Shown here: positions 39,213-48,274 of the stretch, one piece after another
Layout: each line of letters begins with the position of its first letter
Position numbering within the stretch: the stretch's first letter is position 1
Notes under the pieces: generated by a model
Database searches by the model: none
Seen by the model: only the letters and a program-made list of their open reading frames with translations
Told to the model about the DNA's origin: nothing
Program-made: the position numbers and the translations under genes
Assembly (NCBI GenBank): GCA_029560415.1
Contig: JAKQKY010000494.1
Span: 24-64,023, forward strand
DNA from: Bacteroidota bacterium
Lineage (GTDB): Bacteria; Bacteroidota; Bacteroidia; Chitinophagales; Chitinophagaceae
Direction of reading: 5' to 3'
DNA: 64,000 bases

Positions 39213-39848
39213 ATGACAGACGCCATTATATCTGGATTGCTTTTAGGCTTGGCATTGGTATTTTCGGTGGGGCCGGTTATTTTCACCATCATTAAACTGC
39301 GTATCAACTATGGCGTGGCCAGTGCTTTTTATTTTATCGCGGGTGTTTGGTTGAGCGATATTACCTGGGTGATGACGGCAAACTTATTTGGGGGTCTGTT
39401 GGGAGCATTGATCGAATATAAAAAAATGATTGGCCTCCTCGGTGGCAGTTTCCTGATCAGCCTCGGCATTTACTACCTGTTCATTAAAAAATATCATAGT
39501 AAGGATGAACTCGATAAAGGCGTTAAGATCGGCGGCACAACCCATGCGAAGTTATTCATCACCGGCTTTTTGATCAATACATTGAACCCCGGTGTAATTG
39601 CGCTGTGGTTTGCGGCAGCCACCAAATCATTGTCGAACAGCTTTGACGAACGCGTCGTTATCTTTTCCATTTGTTTGTTGCTGAATATGTCGGCCGACAT
39701 CCTGAAAATAAACCTGGCAGGCAGGCTTCGCAAAAAATTAACCGACAGGAACATTACCATCATCAACAAGATATCAGGATTATTGTTTCTTGCATTTGGT
39801 GTAGCCTTATTGATCGGTGTTTTGTATACGACCGTAAAACATACATAA
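39213..39848 (+). CDS. LysE family translocator
   Basis: N-terminal SVGP motif, GFLINTLNP and ~6 TMs. Confidence 0.88.
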   Translation: MTDAIISGLLLGLALVFSVGPVIFTIIKLRINYGVASAFYFIAGVWLSDITWVMTANLFGGLLGALIEYKKMIGLLGGSFLISLGIYYLFIKKYHSKDELDKGVKIGGTTHAKLFITGFLINTLNPGVIALWFAAATKSLSNSFDERVVIFSICLLLNMSADILKINLAGRLRKKLTDRNITIINKISGLLFLAFGVALLIGVLYTTVKHT

Positions 39849-39854
39849 AGTAAT

Positions 39855-40403
39855 ATGATGCGATTCATCTTATGTTTAGTATGCATGTGTGTCAGCCTTA
39901 CTCCAAAGGCTCAATCAGCCGACTTTATCATCCTGAAGAAAAAGAATAAAACCATCCATACTTATTATGCGGGCACGCAGATTGAAATGGTAACCGTAAA
40001 CGGTGTGTATAAAAATGCCCTCATCAATCGCATTCATAACGATACCCTGTACCTGCAGGAATTCCTTGTGCGGCAGGTTATAACACAATTTGGTTTTTAT
40101 GTTACCGATACAGCGGGAAGCTACCGGTATGCATATCATTACAAAGACATTAAAAGCATTGGCAAAGAACAAAAAGGATTTAATGTAAGCGGAAGTGGCG
40201 GTGCTTTGTTTGGCGGCGGTGTGTTACTCACCCTGGCCAGTGGCGTGGTGTACCTGGCAGACCGGGATAAATTCAGCCCGGCTTTAATGGGTGGCGCTGC
40301 AGGCCTGGCTTTGGTTGGTTACCTGATGAGCAAATCTGGCAGCAAGGGCATGGTGATCGGGAAAAGAAATTACCACCTCGACTATGTAAAAATGACCCCT
40401 TAA
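39855..40403 (+). CDS. Hypothetical exported/membrane protein
   Basis: Signal peptide, C-terminal Gly-rich hydrophobic hairpin and operonic spacing. Confidence 0.7.
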   Translation: MMRFILCLVCMCVSLTPKAQSADFIILKKKNKTIHTYYAGTQIEMVTVNGVYKNALINRIHNDTLYLQEFLVRQVITQFGFYVTDTAGSYRYAYHYKDIKSIGKEQKGFNVSGSGGALFGGGVLLTLASGVVYLADRDKFSPALMGGAAGLALVGYLMSKSGSKGMVIGKRNYHLDYVKMTP

Positions 40404-40422
40404 TAAATTTTCCCGGTAAACT

Positions 40423-41124
40423 ATGGCAAAAGATAAATCGCAAAAAAGATCCTGGTGGCGCATCACAAAAAAAATTCTGTTATGGATGTTCATCGGGCAG
40501 TTTGTGTATATCCTGCTTTGCAAATGGATCAACCCGCCCATTACCATTACCCAGGCCGTGAACTTTGTGCAAGGCTATGGATTAAAAAGAGATTATGTTT
40601 CTTCAGATGACCTGGGGCCAAATATCAAACTCGCCGTAATGGCATCGGAAGATCAGTTATTTCCCGATCATGATGGATTCGATATCAAGGCCATTAAGAA
40701 AGCAATCAAATACAATGAGAAGCACCCTGCAAAAGCCCGTGGTGCCAGTACCATAAGCCAGCAAACAGCCAAGAATGTTTTCCTTTGGCAACATGGTGGA
40801 TTTTTCAGGAAAGGGCTGGAAGTATACTTCACATTCATGATAGAAAAAATATGGAGCAAGGAAAGAATTTTACAAACCTACCTGAATGTAGCAGAGATGG
40901 GACCAGGCATATTTGGTGCACAAGCTGCAGCCAGCGCTTATTTCAATAAAGACGCAAAAAATCTCACGCGACAGGAAGCTGCCATGATCGCTGCCTGCCT
41001 TCCCAACCCAAAAAAATTTACGGTGAAACCTATGTCACGCTATGTTACGATGCGATCGGCAAGAATTCTGAACCAAATGAATAACCTCGCCGGGGATCCT
41101 GAGGTTGCTAAATTACTAAAATAG
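40423..41124 (+). CDS. mtgA: Monofunctional peptidoglycan transglycosylase
   Basis: GT51 motifs SEDQLFPDH, RGASTISQQTAKN, RKGLE and KERILQTYLN. Confidence 0.95.
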   Translation: MAKDKSQKRSWWRITKKILLWMFIGQFVYILLCKWINPPITITQAVNFVQGYGLKRDYVSSDDLGPNIKLAVMASEDQLFPDHDGFDIKAIKKAIKYNEKHPAKARGASTISQQTAKNVFLWQHGGFFRKGLEVYFTFMIEKIWSKERILQTYLNVAEMGPGIFGAQAAASAYFNKDAKNLTRQEAAMIAACLPNPKKFTVKPMSRYVTMRSARILNQMNNLAGDPEVAKLLK

Positions 41125-41646
41125 TTTTCTGATCGATTTAACGGCATTGGCTAAACGCTGTTCATCTGTACCCTGGATGATGGTCCAAGGAACAGGCTGG
41201 TTGATCATTGCATCACGGTAATATTCAAACAGCACTTTTCTTTTTTCAATATCAGGGTATTCCCTTAATGCATCCTGTTGCCAGGGAAGATCCACATCAC
41301 ATAACAGGTAAAGGTCATAATGCCTCTTTGCAACCTGGGTGAGTATTCGGTTATCGCATTTATTGAAAACAAATTCGCTCCAGACTTTCATTACATACAT
41401 GTCTGTATCAATAAATAGGTATTGATCATTTCGTGCAACGGCTTCAGATGTCATTTGATCTTCTATGCTCAATTGTTTTGTTGCAATGATAATAAGATCA
41501 TCATAAGTATAATCAGTTCCGTTTTCTTCCAGGTAAGCCCGTGCATACTCCGGCACCCAACTACATTGGTAATGTGCCGCCAATTGTTTGCAGAGTGTAC
41601 TTTTCCCGGTAGATTCCGGACCGATCGCCACAATCTTTTTGAGCAT
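41116..41646 (-). CDS. NadR-like P-loop kinase/ATPase
   Basis: GPESTGKSTL, VPEYAR and DVDLPW motifs. Co-directional with pnuC. Confidence 0.88.
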   Translation of the reverse strand: MLKKIVAIGPESTGKSTLCKQLAAHYQCSWVPEYARAYLEENGTDYTYDDLIIIATKQLSIEDQMTSEAVARNDQYLFIDTDMYVMKVWSEFVFNKCDNRILTQVAKRHYDLYLLCDVDLPWQQDALREYPDIEKRKVLFEYYRDAMINQPVPWTIIQGTDEQRLANAVKSIRKLF

Positions 41647-41648
41647 GT

Positions 41649-42197
41649 TTATTTTTGTTTCCAGGCTGGCCTGGCTTTAAGTACTTTTTTATATACGACA
41701 CAGCTTTCATCATGCGCACCGGGCAGGTAACCACAACTCATCAGAAATTCATTCACGATCTCACCTCCGGTAAACCGGAATGTTTTTTTAAACAGCTTCA
41801 CCCATTCGGCCTTGCTAAGCGGATGATGTGTATCTAGCCATTTTTTAAAAGAACCATATTCCTTTTGTATGGCAAGAATTGTTTTTGCATTTTCAATGGC
41901 TGCATTAATTTTCAACCGGTTCCTGATCACTCCCGCATCATTCATTAACCTGGTGAAATCTTTCTCTTTATAAGAAGCCACTTTTTTAATATTGAAATCA
42001 TGATAAGCCTTTCGGAAACTTTCCTGTTTTTTCAGGATGGTAGTCCAGCTAAGGCCGGCCTGGTTTATCTCCAGTATCAACCGGCAAAACAGTTCATCAT
42101 CCTGTTCAATGGGAAAACCATAATGCTGATCGTGGTAAATTTTGTGTACCATCAGATCGGCTTCTTTCATACCATAAAGGGCCCTGCAATAACTCAT
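41649..42197 (-). CDS. tag: DNA-3-methyladenine glycosylase I
   Basis: YHD, LEINQAGLSW, IRNRLKI and terminal H..C zinc ligands. Confidence 0.93.
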   Translation of the reverse strand: MSYCRALYGMKEADLMVHKIYHDQHYGFPIEQDDELFCRLILEINQAGLSWTTILKKQESFRKAYHDFNIKKVASYKEKDFTRLMNDAGVIRNRLKINAAIENAKTILAIQKEYGSFKKWLDTHHPLSKAEWVKLFKKTFRFTGGEIVNEFLMSCGYLPGAHDESCVVYKKVLKARPAWKQK

Positions 42198-42207
42198 GTT
42201 TTATTAA

Positions 42208-42843
42208 TTATGTTTTTAATGAATACAATTTTGCTCTTTTCCTCCATTCAATCAACCCGGCAACAGCCAGCACCAGCAATACCACATAATACACGCTGGT
42301 GAATACATACTGTTTTACAAAATACAAAGGAATGGAAGCAATATTAGTAGCGATCCACCATATCCAGCTTTCCACTTTTTTCCGGGTCATCAGCCACATA
42401 CCTGTAAATGCAGTTGCACTCGCAAAGGCATCGGCCCAGGGAATGGCTCCCGGTGCAAAATTCTTTTTAAGTTCGGTTAATGCAAGAAATATGGCTACGT
42501 AAAATGCAGCGAAGAAAAGCAGTTGCTGAATCCACTCTTTTTGAGAAGAGGAAGTTACTTTTAATATTACATGATGTTGCTGGTCTTTACGGGTCCACAA
42601 TATCCATCCGTACAAACTCATCGCGGTATAATAAAAATTTACGGTTGCTTCTCCCAACAATCCGCCTTTATAACTTAAGTATATATAAAATATGGTATTG
42701 ATAAGCCCTGTGGGATACACCAGCACATTCTCCTTACGGCTAAACCATACACTGATGATGCCCGAGCATACTGCGATATACTCGAGCCAGCCGGTTTGCT
42801 TCATGCCCTGTATAAATTCTTCAAAAATTTGCGTAGCATTCAT
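42208..42843 (-). CDS. pnuC: PnuC family vitamin (nicotinamide riboside-like) transporter
   Basis: YGWILW, WADA and KKVESWIWW motifs, ~7 TMs. Confidence 0.9.
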   Translation of the reverse strand: MNATQIFEEFIQGMKQTGWLEYIAVCSGIISVWFSRKENVLVYPTGLINTIFYIYLSYKGGLLGEATVNFYYTAMSLYGWILWTRKDQQHHVILKVTSSSQKEWIQQLLFFAAFYVAIFLALTELKKNFAPGAIPWADAFASATAFTGMWLMTRKKVESWIWWIATNIASIPLYFVKQYVFTSVYYVVLLVLAVAGLIEWRKRAKLYSLKT

Positions 42844-42898
42844 CCCTGACAGTATCCAATTTAGAACAAGATACTTTAAATGTATGAGGTGGAATGTA

Positions 42899-42943
42899 TG
42901 ATTTCTCTGCTAACAATATTATTTATTGAAAGCAGAGAAATCA
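42899..42943. other. Long AT-rich hairpin between the anti-sigma gene and pnuC
   Basis: TGATTTCTCTGCT/AGCAGAGAAATCA 13-bp stem plus inner CAATA/TATTG. No clear U-tail. Confidence 0.55.
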
Positions 42944-42955
42944 CAATTGGTTTCA

Positions 42956-44590
42956 TTATTTTTTTAACTGGTAAGATACCCCAACTAAAATTCCCGGCAG
43001 ATGAATTCGTTTATTCAAAGAAAGAAGATTTGTTGTATAAGGCGAAATATTATAATTAAAAGAAGTTGCTGCTAACCATTGGTATTTTTTATACAATAAA
43101 CCTGAAAAATGTAAACCAGCAGAAATTCCCATACCAATATTGCTTTTTGCTTCCGTAGATATCGTCCTGGAAATATAGGCGGTTTCAAACTTTCCCGGAA
43201 GATCATTATGATACTTCCTGATCAAATCAATATTTATTCCCCCTGTAATTGATAGATTCCATTTTTTTCTGTTTAAAATCCGGTATCGAATAAAAAGAGG
43301 AATGCTAAAATTGCTGAACACATTGCGTCCGTTTAATGTTACACTGTCTTTTGTAACCACACTCACGGTATCCTCCTTTAAGAAAGAACCTGTAGGACCT
43401 GTAACAAGTCGTTGCACCAAGGTATAATTGGTTTTGCTCTCTATCCCCTTCATGTGAATTTTTTCCGTAAATCGCAGGTATGCTATGCCCGCCCCTGCCT
43501 CTGTTCTTTTATTGATTGACTTTACCAGGTGAATATTGAAGCCCATTCCCTGTTCGATTGTGGATTGAATACGATCAGCCTTAAAATCTGCAAGAACATT
43601 TGCTGTATTCATGGTGCGTGTTATATAAAGCGGTTGCGTATAATTCTGCAGTGGTGAAACAATTGCAATCGCAGCTTCTATTTTTAACCCGCTTTTTTTA
43701 TTGTTCACTTTTTCTTTTTTGGCAAATTGTGCATCTATGTTTTTAAGTGTACTGTCTTTTAACGGCTCTATGATTTTTTTAATCGTTGCTGAATCAGTAG
43801 CTCCCGGAATGGAAGAATTAATATCCGGTGCAACTACGGTTTCATGCAGGTTTTGTTTTACCAGCAATGAATCGTCAGGGATATGAACGGGATTTAATTG
43901 CGTTTTTCCATTTACGTTACGAAGGGTGCTGACATTATTGTCATTTGCATTTTTATCAGCCTCCATTTCTCCAGCCAATATGTTGACTTTATAAGCGCCT
44001 TTGCTGTTCTTGATTTTTCGGGAAGCTATAAATGATTTCGCTTCCCCCGTTGTTGTAGTTGCATCAACCGTTTTGTTGAATGTATGTTTAGTTTTCCTTG
44101 AAGAAGCATTGTTATCTGCATTACTGTATTTACTCTTGAGCGATGCGGACTTATCAATAATTACTGAACTTTCTTTAGATTTAAGCAAACCATTCCCTGT
44201 TAGATTTTTTGCCGGCGCAGATAAATTTATTTCAGCGGGAATTGTATTTTCTGAAGTTTGAAATTCTTCTTTTTTGATTTCACTTAAAGAGGCTGTTGAT
44301 TGAATAGCATTGGTGCTTTTTTTATTGACCGGTTTATCTGTGTTTACGCCCGCAGTTTTTTCTGCATTCTCTTTTTCAGTCGCTAAATCAGCATTATGCG
44401 AGTCCCTGATCTTAATATTTATAAATAACCCGAGTCCACCCATACAAAGCATCAAAAAAAGAAACAAGAAAAAAGGCTTTCTTCTTTTTTTTCTTTCACC
44501 TGTAATATTTTCCCAGGCATCTGACGGAACATCAGCTTCCCGCTGCTGTGCCTTTTGTTTTATGATATCATCAAATTCATGATTGTTCAT
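42956..44590 (-). CDS. Putative dual-membrane-spanning anti-sigma factor (TM, disordered linker, C-terminal beta-barrel)
   Basis: Short cytoplasmic N-terminus (VPSDAWENI), one TM, ~240-aa K/N/S/T-rich linker and alternating beta-strands ending GVSYQL. ATGA overlap with the ECF gene. Confidence 0.72.
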   Translation of the reverse strand: MNNHEFDDIIKQKAQQREADVPSDAWENITGERKKRRKPFFLFLFLMLCMGGLGLFINIKIRDSHNADLATEKENAEKTAGVNTDKPVNKKSTNAIQSTASLSEIKKEEFQTSENTIPAEINLSAPAKNLTGNGLLKSKESSVIIDKSASLKSKYSNADNNASSRKTKHTFNKTVDATTTTGEAKSFIASRKIKNSKGAYKVNILAGEMEADKNANDNNVSTLRNVNGKTQLNPVHIPDDSLLVKQNLHETVVAPDINSSIPGATDSATIKKIIEPLKDSTLKNIDAQFAKKEKVNNKKSGLKIEAAIAIVSPLQNYTQPLYITRTMNTANVLADFKADRIQSTIEQGMGFNIHLVKSINKRTEAGAGIAYLRFTEKIHMKGIESKTNYTLVQRLVTGPTGSFLKEDTVSVVTKDSVTLNGRNVFSNFSIPLFIRYRILNRKKWNLSITGGINIDLIRKYHNDLPGKFETAYISRTISTEAKSNIGMGISAGLHFSGLLYKKYQWLAATSFNYNISPYTTNLLSLNKRIHLPGILVGVSYQLKK

Positions 44591-45126
44591 ACAATAACTG
44601 TATTAAACTGTTTTAAAATAAACGACTGCAACATCCTGCGTGCCTTCACCAGTTGTGTTCTGGAAGTAGATGCCTGGATGCCCAATAAACTGCCAATCTC
44701 TTCATGGCTATATCCTTCGATAATATTCAGGTTAAACACCAGTCTGTATCCTTCCGGCAACAACCTGATCATCCTGTGTATCTCATCTTCTGATAATTTG
44801 GAAACCACAGAAGGGTCGATCGTATTTATGTCGGAGTCTGTTACATTAATTTCACTGAAAATAATTTTTCTTTTAGCAGCGTACCTGGTAGCTACACTTA
44901 CAAAAACCCTTCTCATCCAACCTTCAAAACTTCCTTCAAATTTAAATTGAGCTATGTAATCAAATACCCTGATAAATCCTTCCTGCATGATATCCTTTGC
45001 TTCCTGCTGGTCTTTGGCATAACGTTGACAGAGCGACATCATTTTGCCAGCGAACTTTTCAAATAAAAGCCGCTGGCAAACATGATTTTTTTTGATACAA
45101 CCTTTAATGATATCTGTTTCGGTCAT
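44587..45126 (-). CDS. ECF RNA polymerase sigma factor
   Basis: Region 2 (AKDIMQEGFI, SFEGWMRR) and region 4 (LPEGYRLVF, YSHEEIG). Confidence 0.93.
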   Translation of the reverse strand: MTETDIIKGCIKKNHVCQRLLFEKFAGKMMSLCQRYAKDQQEAKDIMQEGFIRVFDYIAQFKFEGSFEGWMRRVFVSVATRYAAKRKIIFSEINVTDSDINTIDPSVVSKLSEDEIHRMIRLLPEGYRLVFNLNIIEGYSHEEIGSLLGIQASTSRTQLVKARRMLQSFILKQFNTVIV

Positions 45127-45189
45127 TTAAATGGTCTTATGAATAATAGATTGTGACTAGCTGGAGAATAATGTTTTAATGTTGACCAT

Positions 45190-46980
45190 TTATATTCTTC
45201 TGACCCTAAACGTACATCGAACAAGATGGTCTGTATGATCATTCTGATCCTGTACATGCCCCTCGAAAGAACCTGCGATAAAGCCCCCTCTAACCCCAAA
45301 TTCAGTAATGGTAACCGTTAGTGGCGTATATGGTGCGTAGGCATTGGCCCTTCCAGAAGGAAAGCCGCGTGAATCAATTAAATCGGTAGTATGCCCGGTA
45401 CCGAGTGAAGTGCCTCCATTGAAAGCAAATGACATATTAGGTACCGGGTTTCCATCTCTGTCTATCGTGATGATATTTGTTTCGCTCAGCCCGTCATAAG
45501 TTGCAATCATTTTTTGGGTATCTCTAGGTTGAATTAAATGAATGGTGGGACCATTATCAATTGAATAATCTACAAACCCAACCGTGCTTACGCCGCAGGC
45601 CTGGATGGTGCCCAGGTTATTCGCACCGGGAACAAGGTTAAAACTTTGAGTCAGTCCTTGCTGGCTTCCTCCCCAATTCACCGCCAGGTAGCTTGAAGTC
45701 ATATTGCTGCAACTCGTTGTTGAAAAAACAATATTTCCATTTACAACAGGCATATGCCAGGTAACATTTGCAATCCATAAAAGTACCCAACCATCTGTTA
45801 TGGGCACGTTATTGCAATCAACGACTCTACCTGTCACGGTAACCAGGTCTCCCAGGTTTGCAGAAATAGTTCCCATGTCTACATCGCTGTTGGTTGTTGT
45901 AAAATTTTGAGAGTAAACCAATGATGTACCTCCGCAAAGTGTGTAAACCTGTAATACCAACTCCGTATTGGCCAGTACAGCACCACTTACAGTTCCCTGG
46001 TTATTGGTAAATGCAGATGTTCCAATATTAGGATCATCAGCCCGGCGTATACAAATAAATATATTTCCTATGGCCTGCATGGCACTATTTACAATCTGCG
46101 CAGTAAAGTTTACAACAGGTGTACCCGTTGCTCCATCCCAGAATGAGAAATGCTTCACATTGCCGGTATAGCTGTTACCATTTTTGGTAGTAGTCCCTTC
46201 CTGTTTCCACAATCCTTTTGTTACATCAAACGACCACAAAGGAATATTTGCAGGTGCATCTGCAACCAAAGTTGAAGGAATAGGTGTTGTAATGGTTGCT
46301 TCTTTGCCTGTTGCAATTTGTAATAATTCACCGGCATCCCCGGTAAGTTCAACCGCAAGCATTCCATAAGATTTCAAAATTCTGAGTTGAGCAGCACTAT
46401 CTGTACCCCGCAGATCGCCGGGCATCATTTTACTAAATTGGTTTATATCTGCCTGGTTATATAGATGCGCTGCAACATGGATGTTTCCCGAATAAGCTGC
46501 ATTCGTTGCTGCAATAACAACAGCATTTGAAGGCAATACCACTGAAGCTCCATCAGGCGTATTTACGGTACCCCCGGAAGCCGCGTTGATCGTGCCAATC
46601 TCAGTTTTAGGAACCAGCTGTACTTTTACAAATGTTTCCTGGTTTGCAATGCCAACAAAAGTGCGGTATCCGTCGAAATACCCCGGATTGCTGACCTTGA
46701 TAAATCCTGCCGTTTTTGAAAGTGTTACATCATTTATTACAAAATGACCTTGCTGGTCTGTAGTGGTTGATTTGCTTCCTGCAATTACGATGGCATTGGC
46801 TACTGGCGCTCCATTTTCATTGCTTATATAACCAGTTACATTTTGTTTGATTTCTACTGAAAGATCAGGCGTTTCTGGAGTAATTGGAACAGACTGCTGT
46901 TCGTTAAAACTCTTTTTACAGGCATTTAGCAGGCAAATGCATAAAACTGCGGGTATTATATAACGTAAGATCTTTCTCAT
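45190..46980 (-). CDS. Beta-rich lipoprotein with carboxypeptidase-regulatory-like domains
   Basis: Lipobox LNAC, GYISNENGAPVANA and GLWKQEG..VKHFSFW. Start at ATG 46980 (MRKIL). Confidence 0.75.
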   Translation of the reverse strand: MRKILRYIIPAVLCICLLNACKKSFNEQQSVPITPETPDLSVEIKQNVTGYISNENGAPVANAIVIAGSKSTTTDQQGHFVINDVTLSKTAGFIKVSNPGYFDGYRTFVGIANQETFVKVQLVPKTEIGTINAASGGTVNTPDGASVVLPSNAVVIAATNAAYSGNIHVAAHLYNQADINQFSKMMPGDLRGTDSAAQLRILKSYGMLAVELTGDAGELLQIATGKEATITTPIPSTLVADAPANIPLWSFDVTKGLWKQEGTTTKNGNSYTGNVKHFSFWDGATGTPVVNFTAQIVNSAMQAIGNIFICIRRADDPNIGTSAFTNNQGTVSGAVLANTELVLQVYTLCGGTSLVYSQNFTTTNSDVDMGTISANLGDLVTVTGRVVDCNNVPITDGWVLLWIANVTWHMPVVNGNIVFSTTSCSNMTSSYLAVNWGGSQQGLTQSFNLVPGANNLGTIQACGVSTVGFVDYSIDNGPTIHLIQPRDTQKMIATYDGLSETNIITIDRDGNPVPNMSFAFNGGTSLGTGHTTDLIDSRGFPSGRANAYAPYTPLTVTITEFGVRGGFIAGSFEGHVQDQNDHTDHLVRCTFRVRRI

Positions 46981-47092
46981 AATAATTTGTTTTATACCTA
47001 TAAGATACAAATGCACCAGCCGTCGCGGTATGAGCACATAAATTAATTTATTTAAAGCAAGATCGGCGTAAAAGAATAATTATATTCAGGGA

Positions 47093-47455
47093 ATGAAAAA
47101 ATGGAGCCTGGCTATCATGGCCATCTTTTATATATCTGCCGGTGCAAATCATTTTAGAAATCCCGGGACATATTATACCATCATACCTCCCTACTTTTCA
47201 AATCCGCAGTTATTAAACACCGTTAGTGGGATTGCTGAAATATTATTGGGCATTTTATTGGTTATACCTTCAACAAGAAAATTCGCCGCTTATGCCATCA
47301 TCGCCATGTTGATCGCATTTATTCCAGCACATATCTATATGATCGAAGCCGGGTTTTGTATAAAAACATTTTGCTTACCTGTTTGGGCTTTATGGGCACG
47401 ATTACTTATTCTTCAGCCATTGCTGATTTTTTGGGCCTGGCATAACCGCAAATAA
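47093..47455 (+). CDS. DoxX-like membrane protein
   Basis: AGANHF, IPP, SGIAEI and PAHIYM motifs, 4 TMs. Confidence 0.8.
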   Translation: MKKWSLAIMAIFYISAGANHFRNPGTYYTIIPPYFSNPQLLNTVSGIAEILLGILLVIPSTRKFAAYAIIAMLIAFIPAHIYMIEAGFCIKTFCLPVWALWARLLILQPLLIFWAWHNRK

Positions 47456-47478
47456 AAAGAGCATCCGTAAAGATGCTC
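47454..47478. terminator. Probable terminator between convergent genes
   Basis: AAAAA-GAGCATC-6nt-GATGCTC. Confidence 0.6.
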
Positions 47479-47501
47479 CTGATTATATTATATCAATCGA
47501 A

Positions 47502-48101
47502 TTATTCTGCTTCAGCCACCACTTCCTTCACTTCGGGTATCATGCGCTTCATCATGCCTTCGATGCCGGCTTTTAAGGTGATCATAGATGAAGGACATCC
47601 ACTGCAACTGCCCTGCAGCATCAGGTTAACACGACCATCTTCATAACTTTTGAACTGAATAGCGCCACCATCCATTTCAACGGCAGGCTTTACATAATTT
47701 TCCAGTAATTCTTTAATACGTTTTACTACATCGTCATCATCTGCTGTTACGGTATTGCTGCTCTCAGGTTTCATGGAAGAAACTTCTTCTTCATTTACCA
47801 CTGGTTTGCCTTCTTCCAGGTATTCTTTTAAAAATTGTTTGATGGATGGAATGATATCCTGCCAGTCTTCCGTTTCTCCTGTTTTGGTCAGTGTTACAAA
47901 ATTACTGGCAATGAAAACAGATTTAACAAAAGGAAATGTGAACAATTCCTGCGCCAGGAGCGATGGTTTTGCACTGGCCTCATCAGGAAAATCGATACTT
48001 TTCCCCGGGTACAGGAGTTTGTTGGCTACAAACTTCATGGTTTCGGGGTTGGGTGTCATTTCCGTATAAATGCTGATGACGGGATTGCCTGTCTTGATCA
48101 T
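47502..48101 (-). CDS. NifU/Nfu family Fe-S carrier
   Basis: TPNPETMKF N-domain and DGG..GSCSGCPSS..TLKAGIE. Confidence 0.93.
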   Translation of the reverse strand: MIKTGNPVISIYTEMTPNPETMKFVANKLLYPGKSIDFPDEASAKPSLLAQELFTFPFVKSVFIASNFVTLTKTGETEDWQDIIPSIKQFLKEYLEEGKPVVNEEEVSSMKPESSNTVTADDDDVVKRIKELLENYVKPAVEMDGGAIQFKSYEDGRVNLMLQGSCSGCPSSMITLKAGIEGMMKRMIPEVKEVVAEAE

Positions 48102-48274
48102 ATGCTCACTTTTTAATTGGTACAAATTTAGCTCATATTGGGGAAAATGAATTTTCCATTCTGTTATAAACGCTGAATCGGCCGGTAAATTTTCTTATTT
48201 CGAAAATATAACCCCACCCGAACGATCTGGCCGAATTATGATAAATGTGCTAATTTTATATAAACCAATTGACC

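Noticed and set aside
42844-42955. Possible TPP or other riboswitch upstream of pnuC
   Set aside because: No TPP core (CTGAGA..CCTGA) or other recognisable aptamer on the minus strand.
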